DNA of 59,623 nucleotides, the filler included, from Porpidia crustulata (taxonomy: Eukaryota), in assembly GCA_964255105.1 (NCBI GenBank). It is 11 parts of 11 records of this genome, joined end to end, with 100 filler letters (N's around TTAATTAATTAA, not from the genome) between each part and the next. Parts side by side here need not be neighbours in the genome. Positions count along the whole stretch, not along the records: positions 48,892 to 54,208 come from CAXUWE010001846.1; positions 54,309 to 59,623 come from CAXUWE010001847.1; 9 more parts are not named here. The stretch is one strand, 5' to 3'. Below, in pieces: positions 49,125-59,623 of this stretch. Every line of letters begins with the position of its first letter. The stretch's first letter is position 1. The notes beneath the pieces are model-generated. The model was not told where the DNA came from. It saw only the letters and a list, made by a program, of their open reading frames with translations, and searched no databases. The translations under genes and the position numbers were made by a program.

Positions 49125-51031
49125 TTAAAACCCTACAATAAAGCCCAAAGCCACAACCAGCGCAACCAAAAACCCCCCAAAGTTCACCCCAATCATCCCA
49201 GCAACATTCTGCCGCGTACCAAGACTATTGCAAAACGGTTCCGAGCCTTGGCCGTAGCTATAATTCATGCCATGCGTGGTCAGCGGACATGCGAACCCCA
49301 GCGCCGCGGGACAGCTCTGGATAAGGTTGTAGCAGAGATCGATGCACGGCAGCACTTCCTTGTACGGACCCGGAACCACCTTGGAATCGATGATCCAGTT
49401 CCGGGATTGGTTGGTGGCCATGCGGTTCTTGTTTTCGTCGCTGAATTCGGGGGGGGTGCCGTTGGTACCATTGAGGAAGGGGTAGGCGAGGGCGCGGGGT
49501 TGGAGGTAGGGCTTCTGGGAGGAGAAATCGTCGCAACGGGGGATGGTGACGGCGCAGAGCCATTGGCGGTAGGCGTGGGCGCAGTCGTCGCAGGTTACGG
49601 CGAGGGAGTATTGGGCGGTGGAGGTGGTGTTGCAGGGGATTTGCTGGAGGGAGTAGTTGAAGTTCATGTAGGCTTCCTGGGCGAAGTTGTCGTAGATGGC
49701 GGCGAGGTTCGTGTTGTTTGGGTTGGATGGGACGGCGTAGGCGACTTGGTAGCAGAAGGGGAGGTTGTAAATGATTTTACAGTTGTTATCTGGAGAACTG
49801 AGGATTAGTTTGTTGGGGCTATCAGAGTATGGGAACGAGTTCGAGATATACCAGATTTCGTTGTAAAGTTCAGCACTGTCCACACAGTACCTCCTCCACC
49901 AACCACGCCGCCTCCTGAAGAAGTAGAGTTGCCATCAATGCCAATGATTGCATAGTAGGCCGAGCTGCCATTTAGGTTCTTGACGTAAAATTCTTGCTTT
50001 GGGAATCCATTACCTCGTAACGTCATATTCGTATCCACGTTGGATCCCTTCACATTACCTTGAATAAGGGAGTGACTTTTGAGACCACATACGGACCTGT
50101 GAAGTCCATTAATACTTGGATCATCTTGAGGGTGAACATAAATGCTGAATCGAGGTGGATTTTTCATCCAGCCATCGCGAACAGCTTCCGTGAGATTTTC
50201 GGACACGGTAGATGAGTAAAGCAAAGCCGAATTTGTGTCGCTATCAATGAATGATAGATTGAAGCTGCTATTATCGTTGTACGAAGCGTATGGCGCATCA
50301 ATTGAGGCTGTCAGTTCATATTTGTAATTGCCGCTGAAATTAGGGCTCTGCGGTGCGGAGACCGTGAACCAGATGTCGCTTGTTACATCCAAATCTGCTT
50401 CACCATATCCTCCATCGACAGGCACTGCTTCATCATTGGCATTCCGATCAGGCTTTTGATTCGTGGACTTTCTCGAGACATAAAGCTCTAGTTGCGACGG
50501 AGCTCCATTGGGACTTTGGTTGTTGGCATGTGGTTGATCACAAGTATTTAAACTGACATATACTTTTCGAGTGTATGGAAGACTATTTTGCGTCTTGGCA
50601 AGCCCGACAAGAATATTACTTGGCGGAAGTCCAGGATCCTGCGGCGAAAATGGTCCCCAAAGCGTCTTGTTTGTAAACGTCCAGTAGTCGGCATGACCCA
50701 CCTCAATGGTATTCTGGCCTGGGGCATTGTTTCCCAATTCTCGGATGGTAGCATCTGCCCTCCCAATAATGCTCCGGTCAACGCCGACGAACTCTGGCGC
50801 GTAAGCTTCCCCCTCTAATTCAGATCCTAATGACGCATCAGGGAAACCTGATTGATGAAGTAGTTCGATCAATCGAGGATGGTTGTGGTCTTCATGTGCT
50901 ATCGAGTCTGCATCGGCCGCATAGGCGAGGTGTGGATTAGAGAAGCTCAAGTAAAGTAGAATGAGAAGCAAGGAGGCGGCCAGAGATGCAGCACAGCGCG
51001 ATTGAAGAGGTGTGAATTTGGGGAACAACAT
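49125..51031 (-). CDS. MID1: Calcium channel subunit Mid1 (exons 51031-49852, 49789-49125)
   Basis: Signal peptide, HEDHNH, DSDTNSALL, and a Cys-rich C-terminal domain NC.IIYNLPFC..VAYAVP...YRQWLCAVTIPRC...YKEVLPC...SCPAALGFACP. Confidence 0.93.
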
Positions 51032-51518
51032 TGACGGTGAGATGGAAGAAGGTCAGCCTGCTCCTCTGAGAGGATGGCCAATCGAGGAAAACCGAAGGCC
51101 AGCCCGGTGGCGCTGGGCATAAGGCCAAAGGTAAAAATCCACGAGACCTCGTCTAGAATCTTATTGTGACATTTCCCTCACTTGACTGGGGAATCTGTAT
51201 CTGACTCTATTCCCTCAGCGGGCGTACTTCGATAGCATTTGTCAACAGTCCCTTCAACTTCGAGCGAATGTCCATAAGGCTGGGGCGGCTGTTTGAGGCT
51301 GAAACCCGGAGTTAAGGGTCTCGGCACGGGTATTCCCGTCCACCGCGATGAAGTCATGCTGCCAAGCTGCTTCGAGAATCGCCTCGTTGGACGGTAATAT
51401 GATGCTATACAGAACCTTCGACAATTTTAGGTGATGAACACAGCTGAGCAACTATCAAGTATTTGTCCTAGAGATATGGAAATTCTACTGTGTAGTCCAT
51501 AACTTGTTGAAGGAGGCA

Positions 51519-54208
51519 ATGAGTGGAAGACGTCTTCTTGATGTAGCAGCCATATACAGGGCTTCCCGTGGCGTGGCTTCCAAGTATGTCGCGCTTCGAA
51601 ATCGCCATTGGGAGAATTATAGCAAGACCTCGTCTTTGACAAGAGCTGTGAAGAGCCAAACCGATAGAGTCACACTCACGGTGAAGGCTGCATCGGCCCT
51701 TTCCGAGCGTTTCAATAGTACAGACCCTACATATCCTCCACAAGCACCGCCGCAAAGCGATTCTACCTTGAAGACTTCCATACCCAGTAGAGAATCTGTT
51801 GATGGATCAAATCAGACTGTTGCGCGGAAACAAGGTCCAGGGCAGGACTACTTCAACCAAAGATCTGAGGGAAACTCAGCTGCTGAGCCTCCCCCAAAAA
51901 GCGGATTGGGCGTAAAGCAAGTGCAGGCAAATAGACACCCTTTACCAGATGGCACAATACCCCCATCAGATTCAGCAATCGACTCATGGAACCAGCAAGA
52001 CGTTTTTCCGGAGGTATCGCAAGCAGAACCACCTAAACACCCACTCTCTGAGGATGCGACACGCCACGACGTCGATCTAAAACCTGCGTCATCAGGAAGG
52101 ACAAGCATTCCAGATCCTGCAAATGAAGCGCATCAGATCACGGCTGATCGAGCCCGCAAAATACAACGACAAGCAGAAAAGCAAATTCCATCCCAATCTG
52201 CTGGGCCTCCGCCCGGCGTGTCTCCAGATTCAAGAAATGAGTTTCGAGGACAAGATATCTTCCACGAAACTTTATCAGAGACAAGCCAATCACTCTCGAG
52301 CCTCCCGCGAGTCAAGCTCCCCAAGGTCACCGAAGACAGGCAAGAGGGGTCAAGTTTTACACATGGTGGCCAGATCAACCCAGATGTCTTCGATTCATCA
52401 ATAGCAAGCAGTCAAGAGCATCATGTTCCTCAAGGACAGGCCGTACCGGAGCAAGAGCAGCTTTCGGAAGATATGTATTCTGATATTTTTCAGAGTCCCA
52501 AGGTAGCGAGAATGCTTGGTGTAAAACCTAAGGTCGGGAACGCGAAGGAACACTCCGGCCTCCATGTCCAGCAAGACGCAGCTCCGGAGCAGACTAAAGT
52601 TCCGCAAGATGAAGACCGTGAATCTTTCAGTGAGCGACCGATAGCGCAAGATGGCTCACCATCCAAAGCTCGTCCTTATTCGTCCGCACGTCCAGAGAGG
52701 TCCGGAAACATTAATGAGAAAATTGATGACGAAGACATTGATAAATTGGCTGCGGATGTGGCCAAAGACTCAGATAATGCGTCTTCTGTAGCCCCATCAG
52801 TGAGTTTTCGAAAGTGCTATAAGTGTTTCACCAACTGATGGACTGACAGCCGACCTCAGGCTCCAGTAGAACTTGAGGGAAACCCTACAACAGCTCTCTA
52901 CGAAATGCATGAGTCACGAGTTCCCTCATCGAGATTTGGTCGACTGTGGCAGTATGGAGGCCTCGCAACATCAATGGCTTTTGGCACAGTGGGTGAAAGT
53001 CTTCGGCGAGCTACTGGGACCAGTGATAATGTAGGGGGTTCGCTGGTACTCAGCGCCACGAATATGGAAAGACTCGTAGCCAAGCTCTCAAGAATGAGAG
53101 GCGCTGCACTCAAGCTAGGCCAAATGATGAGCTTTCAGGGTCTGCTACCTTACATAGACCTAATCTTTGGTGATGCTGACTCCTTCTCCCAGACTCTAAA
53201 ATGCTTCCTGCACAGATTAATGAAGTCTTGCAGAGAGTTCAAGATAGTGCTGACTACATGCCACCTTCGCAACGTGATAAAGTCCTAGCCAGGAATCTCG
53301 GCTCAGACTGGCGCGAGCTATTTTCGTCTTTCGACGAAAGGCCCATGGCAGCAGCCTCAATAGGACAAGTCCACAGTGCCGTCTTAAAGTCCTGCGGCAC
53401 CCGAGTAGCCGTAAAAGTCCAATACCCCGGTGTAGCCGATTCTATCGACTCTGACCTCAGTAATCTCGCCATCCTCCTGACCGCCTCTCGTCTCCTGCCC
53501 AAAGGCCTCTACCTCGACAAAACCATTGCGAACGCCCGTACCGAACTCGCCTGGGAATGCGATTACATACGCGAAGCCGAATGCGGCAGACGCTTCCAAC
53601 GCCTCCTCGCCGACGAATCCTCAGTCTTCACCGTCCCTTCCATCCACTCCTCCGCCTCCGGTCCCCAAATCCTCACAATGGATTACATGACCGGCACCGG
53701 CGTCACCAAAGCCCAAAACCTCACCCAAACCCAAAAAGACTGGATCGGCACGCAGATCCTACGCCTCTGCCTGCGCGAAATCACCGAGTTCCGCTTCATG
53801 CAAACCGACCCCAACTGGACCAACTTCCTCTTCGACGCCCACGCCCACAAACTCCAACTCCTCGACTTCGGCGCCTGCCGCGACTTCCCCGCCTCCTTCA
53901 TCGACCCCTACACCCGCGTCCTCCTCGCCGCCTCCCGCAACGACCGTCCCGCCTGCCGAGACCTCAGCGTCCGGCTCGGCTACCTCACCGGCCACGAGTC
54001 CCGCGCCATGCTGGACGCCCACATCTCGTCTATGCTGACGCTGGCGGAACCGTTCATGGACACTTCGCCTGAGGTCTACAATTTTCGGGACCAAACGATC
54101 ACGGAGCGCGTGCGGGGGTTGATCCCGGTCATGATCAGGGAGAGGCTGGCGCCGCCGCCGGAGGAGACGTATAGTCTGCATCGGAAGCTGAGCGGGGCGT
54201 TTTTGCTG
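51519..54208 (+). CDS. COQ8: ABC1/COQ8 atypical kinase (exons 51519-52799, 52860-53139, 53193 to contig end); 3' end cut
   Basis: ESRVPSSRFGRLWQYG, MRGAALKLGQ (KxGQ), AAASIGQVH, AVKVQYPGV, MQTDPNWTNF, LLDFGA. Confidence 0.95.
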
Positions 54209-54308
54209 NNNNNNNNNNNNNNNNNNNNNNNNNNNNNNNNNNNNNNNNNNNNTTAATTAATTAANNNNNNNNNNNNNNNNNNNNNNNNNNNNNNNNNNNN
54301 NNNNNNNN
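54209..54308. other. Artificial contig spacer
   Basis: N44-TTAATTAATTAA-N44. Confidence 0.99.
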
Positions 54309-54716
54309 AGCCGAACCTCCCTGCTCCTCATGCAACATCGCCATTTTCATGATACCAGAAAAGAGAAGAGAAAATCTCGAGCTTCACCGTCGCCCTTCCT
54401 CGTGTCTAATCGAGAGCGCCTTGCACGATTGTGGAAGCTCCTCTTGCGCCAAATTCGTTCGCGAAAAGATTGCCCCGGAACACCGTGGTAAATACCCATG
54501 CCAGATAGAAAAGCCACCAGCTCTGCCAGATTCCGAAAAGGATTCTTTTTGGCCCGTTGGTGGGGATCAAGCATTTCTCTTTTTGATGCCTCTCGGGCGT
54601 TCTTCGTTGCCGTGTCATTTTCCTTCTAGCTCCCTTCTTTTCCCCAACCCCCATTTTCTTCCATTTCCATCAGCCGCGAAATCTTTCGGAAAAGAGCCAA
54701 AGAGCCGGAAGAACCA

Positions 54717-56596
54717 TCAGCGAATGACACCCCACCTCTCCATTTTCGCTCCTGCGCCGTCGCCGCCAATGCCGTCCCGTTCTCTCCTCCCGAAGCATTT
54801 CCAGAACCGCAGGGTTTCGTCTCCCGCGCCAGTGACGACGGTCTGGCCATCCGGACTCATTGCTAGGTACAGCACGCGATATGTGTGTCCAGTCAGACTC
54901 GCTACCTGCGTCATGCTGGGATATTTCCACACCACGATCTGGTTCTGGCTATATCCGTGCGTGGAAACAATCTCGTTGCTGTTCTTAGACCACGCCAGAT
55001 TGCAGACTTGGGAACCAGTGTCAATTTCATTCACTCCTTGACCGGTCGCGGTGTTCCAGAATTTGATGCGACGATCGGCAGTACCACCACCTGAAGCGAG
55101 TAAGCAACGTTGATGGGGAGACCAGGCAATGGCTTTGACGGCAGCGGTATGGTCGCTGAACTTCCAGAGGGGCGTTTCAGACAGCTTATCCCACACCATG
55201 AGCTTGTTATCGTTGCCTCCCGAAGCGAGTTGTCCATCCTCAGTATTCCAGCGCAGACCACAGACTTCCTGCTTGTGGCCAACAAGTTTTCTTGAAAACT
55301 GTTGAGGCTGGCGCACGTCACGATGGTAAATAAGTCGATCACGGGAACCAGAGGTCAACATATGTTCATTCCAGGCTAGGGCACCCACACGGGCGGTATG
55401 GCCTGTCATGGTTCGGAGACGACGACAGCGCTCCGCGTCCCAAATCTGGACTAGACCTTTGGTTGTGCCGATCGCTACGTGAGAGCCACGTTGTATCCAG
55501 GAGACTGATGTCACTATGTCATCTGGGAGATCGCATAATTTGGTGACTCGACCTGATTGCGAGTTCCACATGTACACGCAAGAACCCAGACCTACACCCA
55601 GGATGTTACTGCTTCCCCAATCCACAAGATTCAGGTAAAAATCATCGGCCAAATCCGGCGCATCCAAGACCTTGAATGGAACCTTATTCACATTACGAGG
55701 AGCTTTTCGAGGGCTAAGAAGAAGCCGCTGGCTGTCAAATCGAACCGGCGAAAGGCTGTAAAGGTCTGAGCGCGTGTTGAGATTAGGGCCATGCCGACTC
55801 TGAGGCGTCCTTGACGGCGTTGGATGACCAGACAAGTTCGTATGATGCCGCGGGGACATGTAAGTAAAGAGGTTTTTGTGAGGAGTCGAGGGCGTGAGGC
55901 TAGCAAGGGGGAGTGAGGACGATGGTAAATTCGTTGGAGGCGTTCTTGATCTTGAAGGATCGTTGATGGTGGTAGAGTGAGTTGATAGAGGTAGTGTGGG
56001 ATCAGGGGATAGTGTCGGTGGCGTTGGTTGAGGGACACTCCCCTCAAATAGTTCTGATCTGAGTAGGGTGGAGAAGGTTCGGTTGGCTTCCTCAGCTGCG
56101 CATTGTCAGTTTCTATTTAGCTCTTAAACGATGTGTTTGCTCACTTTTCTGGAAGTGAAGCTCCCCATGGGGCGTTCGCTTCTTTGTTCTCGACGGCGTT
56201 GCAGGTGATGCATCGTCATGCAGCAAGCTAAAGCTCGCTAAGAGATCTTGTCCTTCACGGTTCGGGATGAATCTGGAAAACTCAAACATTAGTTTTCTCT
56301 TCAAGAAGCTTCCCAATATTGGACCTTTTGATCACTTCGGGCTAAGATTTGGGAACTCACCTATCACCATATATTCTCTGCCGTTTCCGACTTGGGCTGC
56401 CTACCGGCGTCCTCTCACTCGGACGACTTGCATCTTCGAAATTCTTCAGAGCTTTGTTCAACGCTTCTGCATCGATAGGTTCTGACCCTGCTTTTCCGAC
56501 GCCGTTGGTATTATCTCCATTCGTATGACTACGCTTTCCAGTCGCTGGAGGTGGGGTTCTCGTATCTGGAGGTGAGACCAGTGTATCTGCAGACAT
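54717..56596 (-). CDS. CDH1: APC/C co-activator Cdh1/Fzr (exons 56596-56361, 56272-56145, 56095-54717; alternative start at 56650)
   Basis: C-box DRFIPNR split by intron 1, KVPFKVLDAPDLADDFYLNLVDW, WD40 repeats, RVLYLAMSPDG and a C-terminal IR tail. Confidence 0.93.
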
Positions 56597-57876
56597 CGTT
56601 CGAGTAATAATGGAGGAGCTGTAATGCGATTCTACCGTGGTCTCTCTCATGGTCACTCTTGAATTCTCTCGATAGGTCGCAGAGGTTCCGTAAGTGCACT
56701 TATAGCTGAGTACCGGGATTTGTACTCGCAATGTATTGTAGAAGACAATTGTTTTTGGTGGGTTTCCGTTGCGATGTAGCCCGTCGTGCAGAGAACCGAT
56801 TGAGGGTTGGAAGTATCTGCTGAAGCCGACGATGCTATGCAAAGGTTTGGCCTCAAGCAACCCCCATAATACCGTCCTTGTGATAGCGCATTAATGTCGC
56901 AGGCGTGCAAAGATGAGGAGGGAGGTGATGGTGGTACAGTACAGTTGCTTGTTGAAGTGAGGTTAAGGGCACTGGAAAGCTAGGGGAGTTCCGCTCGCCT
57001 ATTGTTGCAGTCGAGTGACAATAGCAGCAATTGCAGTGATCGATGGATTGAATTTAAAATTATAATGAAGAGATTATTCCGGTGAAGGATTAAATAGCTT
57101 CAAAGGTAAAGCGAATCTCAACACAACACCAGGTCTCTATCACTTTTTTCCATCGACCAGCTTAACACTCACAACGCGCATCACAACAAGCAAATCCAAC
57201 ACGGGTTTAGCTCCCGACACTTCAAACACGATGACTAAGCGAGAGACTATGCCACGGTTTGACGTAAGTGTATCATGCCATGCGATCCATATATGATGCC
57301 ACGCCGGCATGAGTCCCTCCAAGCCACTCCTTTGCATTATCCTCTCGATCCTTTGCATTATCCTTTCGATTGTCTGTGGATGAGATCTTGTACCTTAGAC
57401 GTTGATATACTAACACGTAAAATCTGCGTCGTCGCAGTACCTTTCAGATAAACATCAACCACATTGTTCGTCATATCGCTCATGCAGCACACAGCAAACA
57501 GCAAATCCGGCGTGGCATCGGTGACTGGCGCCTGCAGGTCGCGTGACATCAAACATTGAGGCTCACACGACGGCCTCAACCGTCGGGCGTTTGGAAGTAA
57601 AGTCGGCACGGACGTATGATTGGTGATCAACCTTTGACAACGGCGACTTTGGCGCGAACAATCACGAGATGCATTGTGGGGAAGTCTAGGCCATTCGCAG
57701 CTCGACAGCCTCACCACAGACAACATTTACGCAGTCCGAGTATAATTACGTTGCTGTATCACACCTCCAGATTACCCCCACCGCATATCATACCCTTGAG
57801 CAGTAGAATCTCGCAGTTTTCATTGAATCAATCGCAAAGTTTGAGATATTTGAAAAGAGGTACCTTGGCATTCACC

Positions 57877-59623
57877 ATGGATGCAATGCCCAGCCGCTCT
57901 CTGAGCATGTCCAAGGTGGAGGCTGTTCATGATGTTTCTGCTGAGGCGGGTCATGACCTGATCTCATTCATCAATGCTTCCCCGACTCGTAAGACCGCGT
58001 TAAAGTTATTCAGCCTCTCCTCTTCTCCTACTGATTAATATAGCATTCCATGCTGTTGAATTAGCGAAGCAGAAGCTTGTGGACGCTGGTTTTGAGGAGA
58101 TCAGAGTGAATTTAAGGAACCCGACCTATTGTCAACTTTGGCTTATTCGATCAGTAGGAAAACGCGAATTGGGCAAACCACTGTAAGCCAGGTGGAAAAT
58201 ATTACGTTACTCGCAATGCATCGACTATTGTGGCTTTCGCTATTGGCAAGAAATGGGCAGTCAGTACAGCGTCACAATGTGTAAGTGAATCTATGCTGAT
58301 ATAGGTATTTGTGATAGTCGGGTAATCCTATTGCCATGATCGGTGCACATACGGATTCGTGTACCCTCCGAATCAAGCCTGTCAGCAAGAAGCAGGCAGA
58401 TGGATTCATTCAGGTGGGAGTAGAGACTTATGGTGGAGGACTATGGCACACTTGTATGCAATCTGCTGGATTGTAGAAGCGAATCTAGATTAATTTAAAT
58501 CTCTAGGGTTTGACAGGGATCTCAGCATGGCTGGCAGAGTCATGGTCAAAGGTGGAAGAAACGGGACGTTTGAGCAGAAGCTAGTCAAGATTGATCGGCC
58601 AAGTAGGACCCGTGGTATGACGGCGCTTTCGCGAACGAGTCCTAATTTGAGGCAGTCCTCCGGATACCAACTTTGGCCATTCACCTAGACCGCCAGGAGA
58701 CCTTTTCCTTCAACAAGGAGACACAGCTCTTCCCCGTTGCCGGTCTCATCGCAGCGGAGCTCAACCGCCAGGGAAAGACGGAGCAGAGTTCGAAGACTGA
58801 AGATGAAACCACCAATGAAGTGTTAGAAGATTTCAAACCCCTCAAGGCCCCTGCCGAACGCCATCACCCGTACATCGTCGAGCTCATTGCCAAGGAAGCA
58901 GGCGTCAAACCATCCGACGTTGTTGATATCGAAATGACCCTATACGACACTCAAAAGTCCTGTGTCGGCGGCTTAAACGAAGAGCTCATCTTCTCCGCTC
59001 GCCTGGACAATCTCGAAATGTCCTACTGCAGCGTCATCGGCCTCATCAACTCCCTCCAATCCTCCACCGCCCTCGACAACGAAGCATCCACCCGCCTCAT
59101 CTCCCTCTTCGACCACGAAGAAATCGGCAGCCGCACCGCCCAAGGCGCCGACTCCAACATGCTCCCAACCATAATCCGCCGCCTCTCCGTCCTCCCCGGC
59201 CTCTACGACCCCGACTTCTACGACCACGACCCCTCCGATCCCACCACCGCCACCGCAACCGCCTACGAACAAACCGTCGCCTCCTCCTTCCTCCTCTCCG
59301 CCGACATGGCCCACGCCGTCAACCCCAACTACGCCGCCAAATACGAAGCCGACCACCGCCCCGAACTGAACCGCGGCCCCGTCCTCAAGATCAACGCCAA
59401 CGCCCGCTACGCCACCAACAGCCCCGGCGTCGTCCTCGTCCACGAAATCGCCCGCCGCGCCCGCGTCCCGCTGCAGCTCTTCGTCGTCCGCAACGATTCC
59501 AGCTGCGGCAGCACCATCGGGCCCATGCTATCCGCGGCGCTGGGTGCGCGCACGCTGGATCTGGGGAATCCGCAGTTGAGCATGCATTCGATCCGGGAGA
59601 CGGGGGGGTGTATGATGTTGAGT
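57877..59623 (+). CDS. APE4: Aspartyl aminopeptidase (peptidase M18), multi-exon; 3' end cut
   Basis: [72 protein letters not shown]. Confidence 0.93.

Noticed and set aside
48960..49808. 282-aa + strand ORF antisense to MID1 (similarly 53557-54181 over COQ8 and 58973-59443 over APE4)
   Set aside because: Antisense or alternate-frame shadows in compositionally skewed exons.
51519..52799. About 430-aa low-complexity N-terminal part of COQ8 as a separate gene or novel fusion
   Set aside because: It splices in frame to the kinase exons, and long N-terminal extensions are, to my knowledge, usual in filamentous-ascomycete Coq8.

Overview
Eukaryotic, intron-rich DNA from a filamentous ascomycete (Pezizomycotina; a lichen-forming or related lineage is plausible but cannot be shown here). 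The window is not one locus. It is 11 unrelated contigs of about 5.3 kb, ordered by decreasing length (5346, 5345, 5338, 5336, 5334, 5333, 5322, 5320, 5317, 5317, 5315 bp) and joined by an artificial 100-bp N44-TTAATTAATTAA-N44 spacer, so synteny only holds within a contig. I reconstructed about 25 spliced genes by hand. Housekeeping genes: ELL-like elongation factor, TCAB1/Swt21-like WD40, MNN9, YMC-type mitochondrial carrier, GT8, EFM2/RRG1-like methyltransferase, MCR1, dynamitin, MID1, COQ8, CDH1 and an M18 aspartyl aminopeptidase. Accessory genes: a Zn2Cys6 factor paired with a Gal80-like protein, two Pth11-like receptors, an RGS-TM protein, a DHA1 MFS with an in-frame TAG, a small secreted 4-Cys protein, an NLR-type N-terminus with no in-frame ATG, a truncated DUF6606-type relic, and a Q/N-rich C-terminus. 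I recognised no rRNA, tRNA, CRISPR array or intact transposon. The most notable signals are recurring C/A-rich to G/T-rich strand-skew flips, the Gal4/Gal80-like tandem pair with CGG sites between the genes, and the disrupted MFS and NLR genes. None of these is proven to be a new system.
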